Of a stretch of DNA of 64,000 bases, positions 51,313 through 62,470 are shown piece by piece. The stretch lies in assembly GCF_030028105.1 (NCBI RefSeq), contig NC_092379.1, positions 45,618,150-45,682,149 of the forward strand. The letters run 5' to 3'. The translations under genes and the position numbers were made by a program. The stretch is from Mobula birostris (lineage: Eukaryota). Numbering within the stretch: position 1 is the stretch's first letter; each line of letters opens with the position of its first letter. Under the pieces are notes generated by a model. The model was not told where the DNA came from, did no database searches, and saw only the letters and a program-made list of their open reading frames with translations.

Positions 51313-51392
51313 CCTTTCAGTACTAGTATCAATGACTGTGTGGATGGGTGTTGTCACAGTGATGAATCTTCAGTCCCGGTCATGCATAAATC
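51313..51392 (+). other. IgNAR: D2 (51341-51354, TGGATGGGTGTTGT) with 5' 12-RSS (CCTTTCAGT-12-GACTGTG) and 3' 22/23-RSS (CACAGTG-22-GCATAAATC)
   Basis: Flanking heptamers; spacers counted; both nonamers degenerate. Confidence 0.88.
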
Positions 51393-51704
51393 GTCTCGGC
51401 GGTTATTAATGCAAAATTAATGCAAGGTATTCCTTTAGGGACTAAAACTGCTTTCATACAAACATTCTTTATCTCTGCCAGAGAATGGTATACAAAGCGC
51501 AGCCTTGCTCTATATGTTTGTGTAATTGCAGTACATATGTGATCATCATATTAATAACAACGTCTTGATATTATCTACCTGGCTGAGAGCTATTATCGAC
51601 GGGATTTAAACAGACCAGTGCAACGATTTCATTCATGACCCCTACCGTCGTATCATGGACGTATGGGATTATCTGACGGATTTATGCGCCATTTCCAACA
51701 AGGA

Positions 51705-51772
51705 GGTTATTGTACTCATGTGAACTGATGTGCCAGTACTGTGCCACAGTAGTCTAAGCCATAGCGCAAACC
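51705..51772 (+). other. IgNAR: D3 (51733-51744, CCAGTACTGTGC) with 5' 12-RSS (GGTTATTGT-12-TGATGTG) and 3' 12-RSS (CACAGTA-12-GCGCAAACC)
   Basis: Spacers counted; a 12/12 arrangement is what the 12/23 rule requires to link 23-type upstream segments to the 23-type J. Confidence 0.85.
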
Positions 51773-52074
51773 TCCGAGACAGTTTTATTTTTTAAGCTCA
51801 TCTATTTGTAAAAGGGATTACAAAATATGCCTTTACGTGCATGGATGTTACTCAACATAGTTTTTCATACAATTTTACTTCTCCTTTAGGTTGAATTCTA
51901 CTTACAGTCCCTGATACTCAAACAGCGAAATTCCAGTTTTATTATCACATGCGTTTACAGTGCACTGAATAAATACAAGGGCAAGTGAAACTGAAGGAAA
52001 TGGAATATATTGGTCAACACTTTGTTCCTGTATTATTGTGGAAAGCCTCCGTCTACATTTCAGCTATAATGCTT

Positions 52075-52160
52075 ACTTTTTGAATTGCGCTGAATAGGAA
52101 GTTAATCATTGTGTTGTAATTACTATGACGGAGCTGGCACAAAGCTGATTGTGTTACCTG
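52075..52160 (+). CDS. IgNAR: IgNAR J segment (52114-52160, CNYYDGAGTKLIVLP) with 5' 23-RSS (ACTTTTTGA-23-CATTGTG)
   Basis: YYDGAGT motif typical of IgNAR J; phase-1 donor GTAAGT at 52161. Confidence 0.95.
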
Positions 52161-54019
52161 GTAAGTAACATTTTTTAAAATTACATTTTGAGAAAGCACG
52201 TACTTTTCCCCGAGGTGAAGTATAAATATATTCTCGTTTAAATGATGCAAACTGAAAAAGGCAATAGGATAATGTTATTTTGGAGTATAAGCATTTCATT
52301 AGAAACACGTTTATTGACTAAGAACCCCAAAAGAATTGAAGTACACGCCTCTATCCTCCCAAGATAATACTTTCGCTCGTTTTAAAAAAAAAAAAAAACG
52401 AAAATTGAACTTGGAGTATTTTTACGAATTGAAGCGCACAAATTCCCCTCGACCTGCTGCACCCTACCCCGGTCCGACGGTTACTTTAAAGTATTACCTG
52501 CTGTATTGATATAAGTGCCATGTCTTCATATCTTGGCATATTTGCGTGTTGATTTACTCTGCAATGGTCGTAGACCCAAGCAGAAAGAACTTTGAAGATG
52601 AAATAGGTTTCCGTTCAGAAAGGGATCAATAGATTAATAACTTGATACTTCGAGGGGTTGTTAAAACATATACTCGTTGCGAAAAAACTTGTCATTTAGC
52701 TGGAATAGAAGAGAAAATGTCCTCTATTTAGAAACGCATAACAGGCTTTAACAAATCTATACATCTGGAAGACCAGGATTAAACATATTTTTACGTTGTC
52801 AGAATCGTTGGACTCTATAACTTTGGTTATATTTTAGTGTCAATCGTCAGGATGTTCAGGGAGGGCAGAAGTAGGCGAAAGGTCTGTGCGCAAGGCCAGA
52901 ATAGATACTGAATGAATTTCAACATAATTAATGTCGTCTTTGAAAGCAGGGCACAATAGTATCAAGACTCTAACTTCTCGCTGAATACTTTTGTCAATTG
53001 CCACGGTGCTACATGTAATTAAAAATTACACTCCAGATCTAAGTGAATGACATTCTAAATGTGTTAGTGTCGCTCAAGACACCAATTATAAAGGTGTACA
53101 GTGTTAAACAGACTGTGTTGTGGTACAAACGATAAAACTGTCGTCATTGAAGCAGTCTGCTAAAATATAGGTTGCAGTGGAAACATTGCTGAGAAACGGG
53201 TTTTACTTTTCATCAGTCAATTGAATGAGAGCATTTACAAGTAGTTCCTCCCCAAAACAAACACAAATGAAAGCAAACCTCTGACACTACTATGGGACCC
53301 ACAAATGTCAGGGAAGCAATTTGAAAAAAAAATCTATCATTCGTCCAGTTTACTTGACCTTATTGCTGATTGCTTGCTTCATCTTTCCTAATTTTAAACA
53401 TGCTGTGAAGCTCATTTGTCCGAGCTTAGTCGTGTTTAGAAGTCCGCTGAGTTTCGTTGTTTATGGAGTTTTGTGGGAACCCAGTACAATTCCCGTGTTT
53501 TTTTTTGTTAAATAGGCAAGTAAACAAATCGTCTTTGTTCGTATACAGCGCTGTGGTGTATTACTCCGTCTGCCCGGCCCGATGCAGTCCTTGCCCTTGG
53601 TTTTTGATCCTATTGGGGAAGGAACTTCTCATACATCAGGCACAACCCATTCCATGCACTTAACTGAGAAACTGGGAAGGAATCGGCATTTGAGAAGAGT
53701 ACCAGAGGGTGAATGTATTAAATACGTAGAAACACCAACAACACCCCTTCTATTTTTCAATGGAATGGAACCTGTTTCTCAGTCCAATAAAGTGTATTGG
53801 ACTGTTCTTTCACTTCACTGTCCTCAGTCTTATTATAAGCTCTGTATCTCCCCTCCTTCTGTAATATGCGATTACCTTTTGCTTTGCATGTCCGCAAGGA
53901 TCTTTGCTTTAAAAGGTATTCCAATTTTCTCATTCTGCATTTGAATAATTTCAATATTTGGAATACATTGTGAAAGAAAAGAAATCTTTACCTAATCTCT
54001 GCCCTAAACGGGGAATCCC

Positions 54020-54400
54020 ATATTTATGCTCCATTTTCCTCCCACATCCGAAACACGTTCAGTTGGTTAGCTAATTGGCAAATGAATATTGTCCACAGTG
54101 CTTAGAACAACGATAGAATTTGGTGGGATTGATGTTGGTCTGGGGACGAATAAACCAAAATGAATTAATGTAGGATTATTGCAACTCAATTATGTAACCC
54201 TAGCCTAATCATAGGACGATTTGCTAACCGTTATGACTTTGGACTATAGAGTTAAATGACAGTACGTGGGAATCCCACACGGTCATGGGGAGAACAAGCA
54301 CGCTACTTAGAGAAGGCATCAGAATTGAACTTTGTACGCTGAAACTTCGAGTTGTGACGGTGTTGCGCTAACGGCTAAGCTACTGTGGGTCTTGCACTTC
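54020..54400. mobile_element. SINE-like fragments in the J-C1 intron
   Basis: Similar to the SINE-like copies at 61.6-62.5 kb (aaccctagcctaatc...cccacacggtcatggggagaac). Confidence 0.5.
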
Positions 54401-54659
54401 TCCATAACTCTTATTAAGTATCCATGTTGCCTTAGTCCATATCATTGAGACTTATTATAAATATTCTGAACCCAAACACCTATCCTTGTCATTCTAGTGA
54501 GCAGTTAGCATTGCCCTATTACAATGTCAGCCATATTCCAAAGATGTCTGCTATGGTTTAGTGAATGTGGGCATGCGCTGGAAACGTAGCGACAATTACG
54601 GGCAGTCCAGCACCTTCCTGACTAAATGGATTTGACGCAAACTACTCATTTCATGAGTT

Positions 54660-55810
54660 TGCTTCAGTTTCATTCCATAAAGCCATAAGACCATAAGAGA
54701 TAGGAACAGAATTAGGCCATTTGGCCCATCGCGTCTGCTCCGCCATTTCATCATGACTGATCCAATTTTCCTCTCCTACCCAATCTCCTGTCCTCTCCCC
54801 ATACCTCTTCGTATCCTGACCAATCAACAATCTATCAACCTCAGCTGTAAATATACATAAACACCTGGTCTCCACAGCTTCATGTGGCAAAGAATTCCAC
54901 AGATTCACCACTCTTTGTCTAAAGAAATTCCTCCTCATATCCATTCTAAAATGGCGCCTGTCTCCTTTGAGGTTGTGTCCTCTGGTCGTAGACTCTCCCA
55001 CTATAGGAAAAATGCTCCCCAGATCCACTCTATCAAGGCCGTTCGCCATTCGGTATGTTTCAATAAGGTCACGCCTCATTCTTCTGAATTCCAGCGAATA
55101 CTGGCCCAGAACTATTAAACACTCTTTATGCGAGAAGCCAATAAATCCTGGAATCATTTTCGTCAGCCTCCTATGAACCTTCTCCAGTTTCAACACATCC
55201 TTTCGAAGATACGGGGCTCAGAACTGCTCACAATACTCCATCTGAGGGCTCAACAATATTTTATAAAGTTTCAGGATTACATCCTTGTTTTATATTCTAG
55301 CCCCCTAGACATGAATGCTAACATTGCATTTTCTTCCTTCAACCTTGAAATTAATCTTTAGGGAATCCTAAACAGGCACTTCCAAGTCACTTGGCGCCAA
55401 CATTTCTCCCCATTTATTTCTTCTATCAAGGTGTATGACCATGCACTTCTCGACACTGTGTTCTAACTGCCATTTATTTTTCTGCCGATTCTCCAAATAT
55501 ATCAAGGGCCGCTCTGTGGCCTTTCTATTTCCTCAAAACTACCTGCCCCTCTACCTATCTTCTTATCATCTGCAAACATTTCAACAATCCTATCAATTAC
55601 ATCATTCAAATCATTGACATATAACGTACAAAAGAATCGGTCCCAACACAGATCCCTGTGGAACACCACTAGTCACCGGCAGCCAACCAGAAAAGGCTCG
55701 CTTTGCTTCCTGCTAAGCGGCCACTGCTTCCATGCTAGAATTTACCTGCAGTTCCATGGGCTCGTAGCATATTCAGCAGACTCATGTGTGCCACCTCGTC
55801 AAAGGCCTTC
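54660..55810 (-). mobile_element. CR1 3' fragment in the J-C1 intron
   Basis: LEKVHRRLTKMIPG...RRMRRDLIETY...NLWNSLP plus 3' UTR. Confidence 0.87.
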
Positions 55811-56199
55811 TGAAAATTCAAGTACATAACATCAATCCGTCATCGAACCGGGCACTGCAAATTGTCTCCCGGAGTGTAAAAATGGATCCTTAATTGGTTG
55901 GGTGGACTCGGAGATTTAAAGTGGCATTATGATCAATGTTATCTGTTGCCAGCTCTATCTCAGCTCTGTCAACTTGCCATTGTTGATTTCCACATTCAGT
56001 GCGCCTCAACAATCATCAACAGCAACTTGCAGTTTGAGAAAAATAGAAACGTGCTGAGGTTGAAAGATAACTTTTGTCCCGTTCAGGTAAACCTAGTCGA
56101 AAATTGTGCAGACTATAAAATACAATATTCTGTAATATGGACAGACTGGTGACGTTTCAGATGCGATTACCATTTAACAAGCCTATATTACTCATGTTT

Positions 56200-57100
56200 T
56201 TGCTGCGACTAATACATATCATCATCATTATCATCATCAAATTTCAACGTACGTATACGTCATCATACACAACCCTGAAATTAATTTTCTTGCGGACATT
56301 CACAGCAAATACCACGAAACACAACAGAATCAACGAAAGCCCACGCACATTAAGACGGACAACCAAAGGGCAAAAGACAAACTGTGTAAATCAAACAGAA
56401 AAAAAACAAATAAAATAAATAAACAATAAATATCATAAACATGAGATGAACATTTTTTAAAAACTGAGACCATATGTTCTGGGAACAGTTCAATGTCAGG
56501 GGGAACGAAATTGAGTAATGTATTCCTTCTGTTGAAGAACCTGATGTTGAAGGTGTAATATTTGTTTCAGAACCAATTAGTTTGGGTACCCAGGCTTTTG
56601 TACCTCTTTCCTGATGGCGGCAGCGAGAAGAGAGCGTGGCCGGAAACCTAAGGGTACTTGAAGATAAATGCTGTAATCCTGCGACAGCGCAGCGTATAGA
56701 TGCTCTTAATGGCGGGGAAGGTTGCATTCGTCATGAACTGTGCTGTATTCACGACCACTTTTTGTAGACTGTCCGTTCAGGGCATTGATATTTCCATATC
56801 AGACCTTAATGCAACCAGTCAGTATACACTCCACCGCACATCTACCTAAGTTTGTCAAAGTTTTCGATGACATACGGGATCTTTTCAAACTTTTAAGAGA
56901 GTAGTGCTTTCTTTCTAAGTGCACTTACCAGCTGGACTCTGGATAGATCCTCTGAAATGATTACGCAGAGGAATCTGTAGTTGCTAACTCTCTCCACCTC
57001 TGACAACTATATGAGGACCTGCAGATGGACCCGCGGTTTTCTCCTCCTGTAGTCAATAATCAACTCCTTGGTCTTGCTGACTTTGAGTGAGAGATGTTAT
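56200..57100 (-). mobile_element. Rex1/Babar-type 3' fragment in the J-C1 intron
   Basis: Nucleotide similarity to the 2.9-3.9 kb copy (cctttcctgatggcggcagcgagaagagagc, ggtcttgctgactttgagtgagag). Confidence 0.7.
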
Positions 57101-57422
57101 TCTGACAGTTAGATTTTCAATCTCTCTCCTCTAGTTGATTTGTACGGCTAACAACAGTTTTGATACGACGAAGAGTAATCAGGCGAAATTTCAAAGTACC
57201 ATTCAAGGTATATAAAAAAAAATCACCATAAGCTGTGATACCATTATGTTGAAGGAAATATCTCGGCTTCAGTCATCCCTTCAGCCAAAAGGTAGCTCTT
57301 GACATGTAGAGATTCCTATGATGCAAAGAATATTGTAGCTGTCTTATGCCTTACAGGTTGTCAGAAGAACAACGTAAAATTGATCCAATCATCTCAAAGA
57401 CTTTTGTTTTTGTTAATTTTAG

Positions 57423-57743
57423 CACAACAACCGTCCCCACCAAACATCAATCTTGTCTATTCTGCAACTGCCGAACAAAAAGCACAAGGTTTTGTGGAAT
57501 TGATTTGTCTCATGAGCGAATACCTACCTGAAAACATCGCAGTGACCTGGCAGAAAAACGGACAAGCCGTACAGTCCGGCTTTACCACCACTTCTTCCAC
57601 TGAAAGTTCAAGCGAAACGTTTACCTCAGCAAGTGTTCTCAAAGTGCCTGTAAACGAATGGGCCAGTGGTGCTGTGTACTCGTGCCAAGTATCCCACTCT
57701 GCAACCAGCAGCAACATCCGCAAAGAAATACGAGCTGAGTCAG
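57423..57743 (+). CDS. IgNAR: IgNAR constant domain C1 exon (321 nt)
   Basis: Acceptor ttttAG, donor GTAAGA, phase 1/1; PSPPNINLVYSATAEQKAQGFVELICLMSEYLPENIAVTW...VYSCQVSHSATSSNIRKEIR matches recalled IgNAR C1. Confidence 0.95.
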
Positions 57744-58761
57744 GTAAGAAGCAGTTCCCAGTCCATAGGTGCAGTATTTCCACTTTCGTCCTCAGTATTT
57801 CATTTAGTGGGCTGTAATCATCTACGGACAAGATTTTAAAATAACTAGACTACTAAAGTTCATCATCAAGTTGGGATAAGGGACAGATAAGAGTGTGATT
57901 CGGAATGTTTAGGCAGCAAACATCAAATATCAGAGGTAAGAATTGCAAGGAAATCTTGCGAAGTATAGTCAGAAGACGTCAGGGCACATCACCGAATATT
58001 GATTTCTGATGATGTTAATGCATCTAATAGAATTTGGATATCTGAAATGGTTCTAAGGAATCCGGACATCTTAAAAGATAAGTACAGGAAAGGGGCGGTA
58101 AAAAAAAAAAAAAAAATCTTCCGTGATCGCCTTTAACTTTCTATTTTAACAGCACATTAATTTTCACTGGTGTGTTATATCTGTAGCTGGTATCAGCATG
58201 CAATAGTGAAAGTTTTGGAAAATAAATAAATGAAAGGAAGAAAGTAGTCGAGGCAGCCACTCGACTTATCAGACAGTTAAACCTCGTGGTAAACTGGTCC
58301 TTCATTCTTGCATAAATAGATCGAACATTGCATATGTATTTAGCACTTCTTTCCATCTAACGTTCACTTACATCTTCTAGCTTTCTGTGTTCTGTCCTCC
58401 TTCAGTCAATCTCTCTGTCTCGCTGCATCCCATTGACCGTTCTGCAACAAGCCACTGCCCCTTCCCCACGCCGGTGTTTCATCACTGTCGTACTTTCCGG
58501 GGATGTCCGGCTGTATCTCTCCCTCTATCCTTCGCCACACTTATTTATGAATGACGATATGTTATTCATTTTCAACCATTTCCTTTCTTTTCAATATAGA
58601 AGAGTAGCATCTGACTCACGGGGTCCCGAAAAGACGACTTACGCATGATTAAAAATGAACAAATTCCACTTTAAGCTCTTAACGTGTAGCAGGTTATTAT
58701 TAAATTGAAATCTTTTCTAAACTTCAGATTCCTCATGAGTCCTATCAATTATCTCTTCTAG

Positions 58762-59064
58762 AATTCGCATTATTTCTCAGAGATCCTACCGTTGAAGAAA
58801 TATGGATAAACAAAACCGCCACACTGGTGTGTGAAGTGATCGCCACAACTCCAGCTGAGGTTTCCATCTCTTGGACAGTGGATGGAAAGGAAAGGGCTGA
58901 TGGCGTTCAAACAGAACAAGCAGCAAAGATCGGGAGTCAGTACGTGACAGTCGGCCGTTTGACCAGCAGCGTGGCCGAGTGGGACAGCGGGGTAGAATAC
59001 TCCTGCTCGGTGCAGGACAATCAATCAGCTGCTCCCCAATCAAAAAGGACACGAAACGCAAAAG
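58762..59064 (+). CDS. IgNAR: IgNAR constant domain C2 exon (303 nt)
   Basis: Acceptor cttctAG, donor GTGGGT, phase 1/1; EFALFLRDPTVEEIWINKTATLVCEV...SWTVDG...EWDSGVEYSCS. Confidence 0.94.
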
Positions 59065-60786
59065 GTGGGTGCAATAACAACAATCGAAATGCAAAGCAGT
59101 GTAGGTGCAGAAAGAAGAACAAAAACTGCTGGATACCGGGCAGCAGTATTCAGAGGAAAACAGGCATGATGGTGAACGGGTTGCCCTCTGCTAGAGTCAT
59201 AATGCATTATCTTATTCAAGGGAAGACAGGTTTTCTGACAAGTGGTACACCGATAGCGTTCCACCCAAGATTTCGTCGCATGATTTGTTGAAGTCATAGG
59301 ACCCGACAGCATTGGAACAGACCCTTCGGTCGACAGAAACCAAGCCCGCTTCAGCACTCATTCAGCGAATTCCACTTTGGTCTATTTTATTGTTTCATAG
59401 CTTCAACAACTCTTTGCAGATTCTACTCTATATTAAGAGTAGGTTTTGGTGGTCGACGTGGCTAGCACTGGCATGATGTTCGATATGGAAATCGGAGAAC
59501 TTAAAACAAAACTCTCACCGGTATAAATCGTATAAACTCCAGTAGAGCAGGTGATGATCGAAATCAAAGTTTCTGGAGACTTGCAGCAGGCATTCTAATA
59601 GTTGTATCCTTGTACTACCCCTCTAAAAAGTTGTAGTCATAAAACACTGCACAGAAATACAGTTGGCCCTCCGACCCCAATGTTCAAAGATGTTTCACGT
59701 CTACCTCAATCCAATTTTCAGCAACAGAAAAAGAAATTCTTTCAATGTCTTTCCTATTTCAGTGAACGACTAAATGTTTGCCAAATGCATTGACGTTAAG
59801 GTACCCTTTAAAGCTCCTTCCACTCAACTTAAACACATACTCTGTTTGGATTTCATAGTCTACACATACGAATGCTGTTGTCTACTTAGTTTACCCGCGT
59901 TGCTGATAATTTTGCGTGGCGTTATCGGGTCACTACTCGGTTTCTTTCACTCCAGAAAATAACAAGCCCAACGATTCTAATTACTCCCCATAACTGACGT
60001 TCTCCAATCCAGTTAACATACGGTTAAATCTCTTATGCATTCTTTCCAGCGCAATGCCATTCACCTTACAACGAGGCGACTAGACATTACAAAATCGAGT
60101 ACACTAGTGTTTAGTAAAGTTGAAACAGAGCGACCTAAATTTCATATGCTAATCCTAACCTGTGAAAGCAAGTATACCGTCTTCTTTTGTCAACCCACCA
60201 ACTACTGTTGCTGCCACTTTCAGGGAACTATGGACTTAAATCCATGTATCTCTCTGTTCATAAATATTCCTTAATAACGAGCAATTTTTTTCAATTCACG
60301 GGATACCCCCTTCTTCAGTTGCCAAACTGCATCGACACGCATTTGTCCATCTGCTGCCGCACAATCTAACATTGTATTTGATCAGTATTGAAGCAGCTTT
60401 GGGCACCCGTCATGACGATTCAAAACACCACCAAGTGTTGTCTTATGCATGAGCACAGAAATCTTATTTTCTATATGCACATACAAATTGTTATATCACA
60501 AACAACAAAGCTCTTAGGACAGTGGTTCGCGCTCGTGATACACTCCAAAACAGAAAGTTATCATCACCATTACCCTTAGCGGCTCACTAACAATAAGACC
60601 GCTCACCACGGAACGTTAAACAACTTGACCAGCGCATAGTTAGGAAACTTGCCAAATGCAAAAAGAGCCACTGTTTCCTTCATCGCAGGTACTACAATTC
60701 TTGCTGTGTATTTGCACCGTTTCGCTTCAACCACATTTCGGAAAAACAGTTTTTGGAGATTAACACTGGTTGACCTTCTCTTGCAG

Positions 60787-61104
60787 CCAAAGCAGTGGAA
60801 CCAAGGGTAGGCCTCATGCCCTCGTCTGCAGAGGAGATTCAGACTGCGGGTATCGTTACGCTCACATGCATGATAACGGGATTCTACCCCGATGACATAA
60901 CCGTTTTGTGGCAGAAGGACGGAGCCGCATTCTACGCTAACGCTACCAGCTTCCCCACTGCACTTCAACAGGATATGACCTTCAACACCAGAAGCCTCCT
61001 TTACTTGACTTCAGCCGATTGGAAGAAGGACGCAACATACTCCTGTGTCGTCACGCACCCACCTTCACAATCTACTGTGAAAGCAAACATCAGCACCTCG
61101 AAAA
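60787..61104 (+). CDS. IgNAR: IgNAR constant domain C3 exon (318 nt)
   Basis: Acceptor ctcttgcAG, donor GTAAGT, phase 1/1; EEIQTAGIVTLTCMITGFYPDDITVLWQKD...FPTALQQDMTFNTRSLL...YSCVVTHPPSQSTVK. Confidence 0.94.
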
Positions 61105-61619
61105 GTAAGTACAATTTGCCAAAAGGCTCACATCCATTCCGTGCTTTACATCCTAGTCAAGAGATAAAAATACAACAAAGCTCGGCAATGAGCAGATTGA
61201 AACGATCATTACTGTAGTACTGTATTAGTAATCAGACCTCTCCGACGGTCCGATACAATAACATATGTGAGTGTCAACTAAAATTAGTGTTATATAATCG
61301 GATCCCTGTTGAACCTGCGGAGACAAACTGAACTATGATGTGAAAATGCCTCACCAATACGATCTTAATAGGGCAAAGCTGGAAGAACGTGGAAAAATAT
61401 TATTTGATGAATGACACGGGAAACGGAGCCATTCTTGGCCGTTCTAATTATACTCTAAGATCATACACCAATCGACCACACTTGTAAACAAACTTATTTA
61501 AGGTCGAGTGCAATATGATCAATAGATAAGAATTAGCATACTAATAACTTGCAAGTGATAGAGTGGTGCTTTAGTGATGAATCTCCGACATGACCGGCGT
61601 GAATAATTGGTGAGAAACA

Positions 61620-61830
61620 TTCTCTGTAAGAAGTTGTACATTCTCCCGTGGAATACGTGGGTTTCCTCGTGGTACTCCGGTTTCCTTCCACAGTCTAATG
61701 ACGTACCGGGCAGTAGATTTGTTGTTCATTCTGAATTGTCCAGTGATTAGGCCAGGGTTATATCGGGTGTTGCTGGCGGTGCGGCCCGAATGGCCGGAAG
61801 GGCCTATTCTGCGTATATCTCAAAATCAGT
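61620..61830 (+). mobile_element. SINE-like fragment (V-SINE/HE1-like core)
   Basis: gtgggtttcctcgtggtactccggtttccttccacagtc resembles the conserved V-SINE core. Confidence 0.6.
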
Positions 61831-61840
61831 AAGTAATTAA

Positions 61841-61872
<32 letters not shown>

Positions 61873-61879
61873 GTAGATA
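61841..61879. repeat. (GATA)n microsatellite
   Basis: Read directly. Confidence 0.93.
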
Positions 61880-62184
61880 CATCTTCGATGGAACAGGAAA
61901 ATAGATATGCTTCTCGGTGTGGAGAGTGAATCCACATTTATGGCCAGTTTATTTTCATCTCGCATGGTGTTGATGATGCTCGGCCCTGATCTCACAACAG
62001 CGCACAATGCCATCCACGAATATCTACAAGGACTGTTCATTCCACGCTGTACGGAGTTCAGACCATAGCCGTTTTTACGGAAAAACTGACATGTAGTTGA
62101 CAGGAACATGCAAAGCAAAACTAGTTGCGTGAATCGTTTGGACAATTAGATCTTATTATACAGTGAAATACAATACATTTATTT

Positions 62185-62470
62185 AGCGATACAACGCGGA
62201 GTAGGCCATTCCAGCCGTTCGAGGCACAACGCCCCAGCAGCTGCACAACCCCGCTTAACCCTATCCTAATCCAAGACAATTTACAATGACTAATTAACCT
62301 ACCCAGTCGGTATTTTGACTGTGTTAGGAAAGCGGAGCATCCGGGAAAACCAATGCATTCCACCGGGAGGACTTACAGACCTCTTGCAGAATGGTACAGG
62401 CATTGAACTCCGAACTCCAGAACGCTCCGACCTGTAATAACGTCGCTCTGCCTCTGCGCTACCTTGGCGT
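62185..62470 (-). mobile_element. SINE-like element
   Basis: Reverse complement contains ggttttcccggatgctccgctttcctaacacagtc, the same core as above. Confidence 0.6.

Noticed and set aside
52034-52040. TATTGTG heptamer between D3 and J (possible fourth D or second J)
   Set aside because: No nonamer at either spacing and no J motif downstream
57744-57817. C1 and C3 (61105-61217) read-through as secretory tails
   Set aside because: Both have strong donors (GTAAGA, GTAAGT); peptides do not resemble Ig secretory tails; no polyA signal noticed
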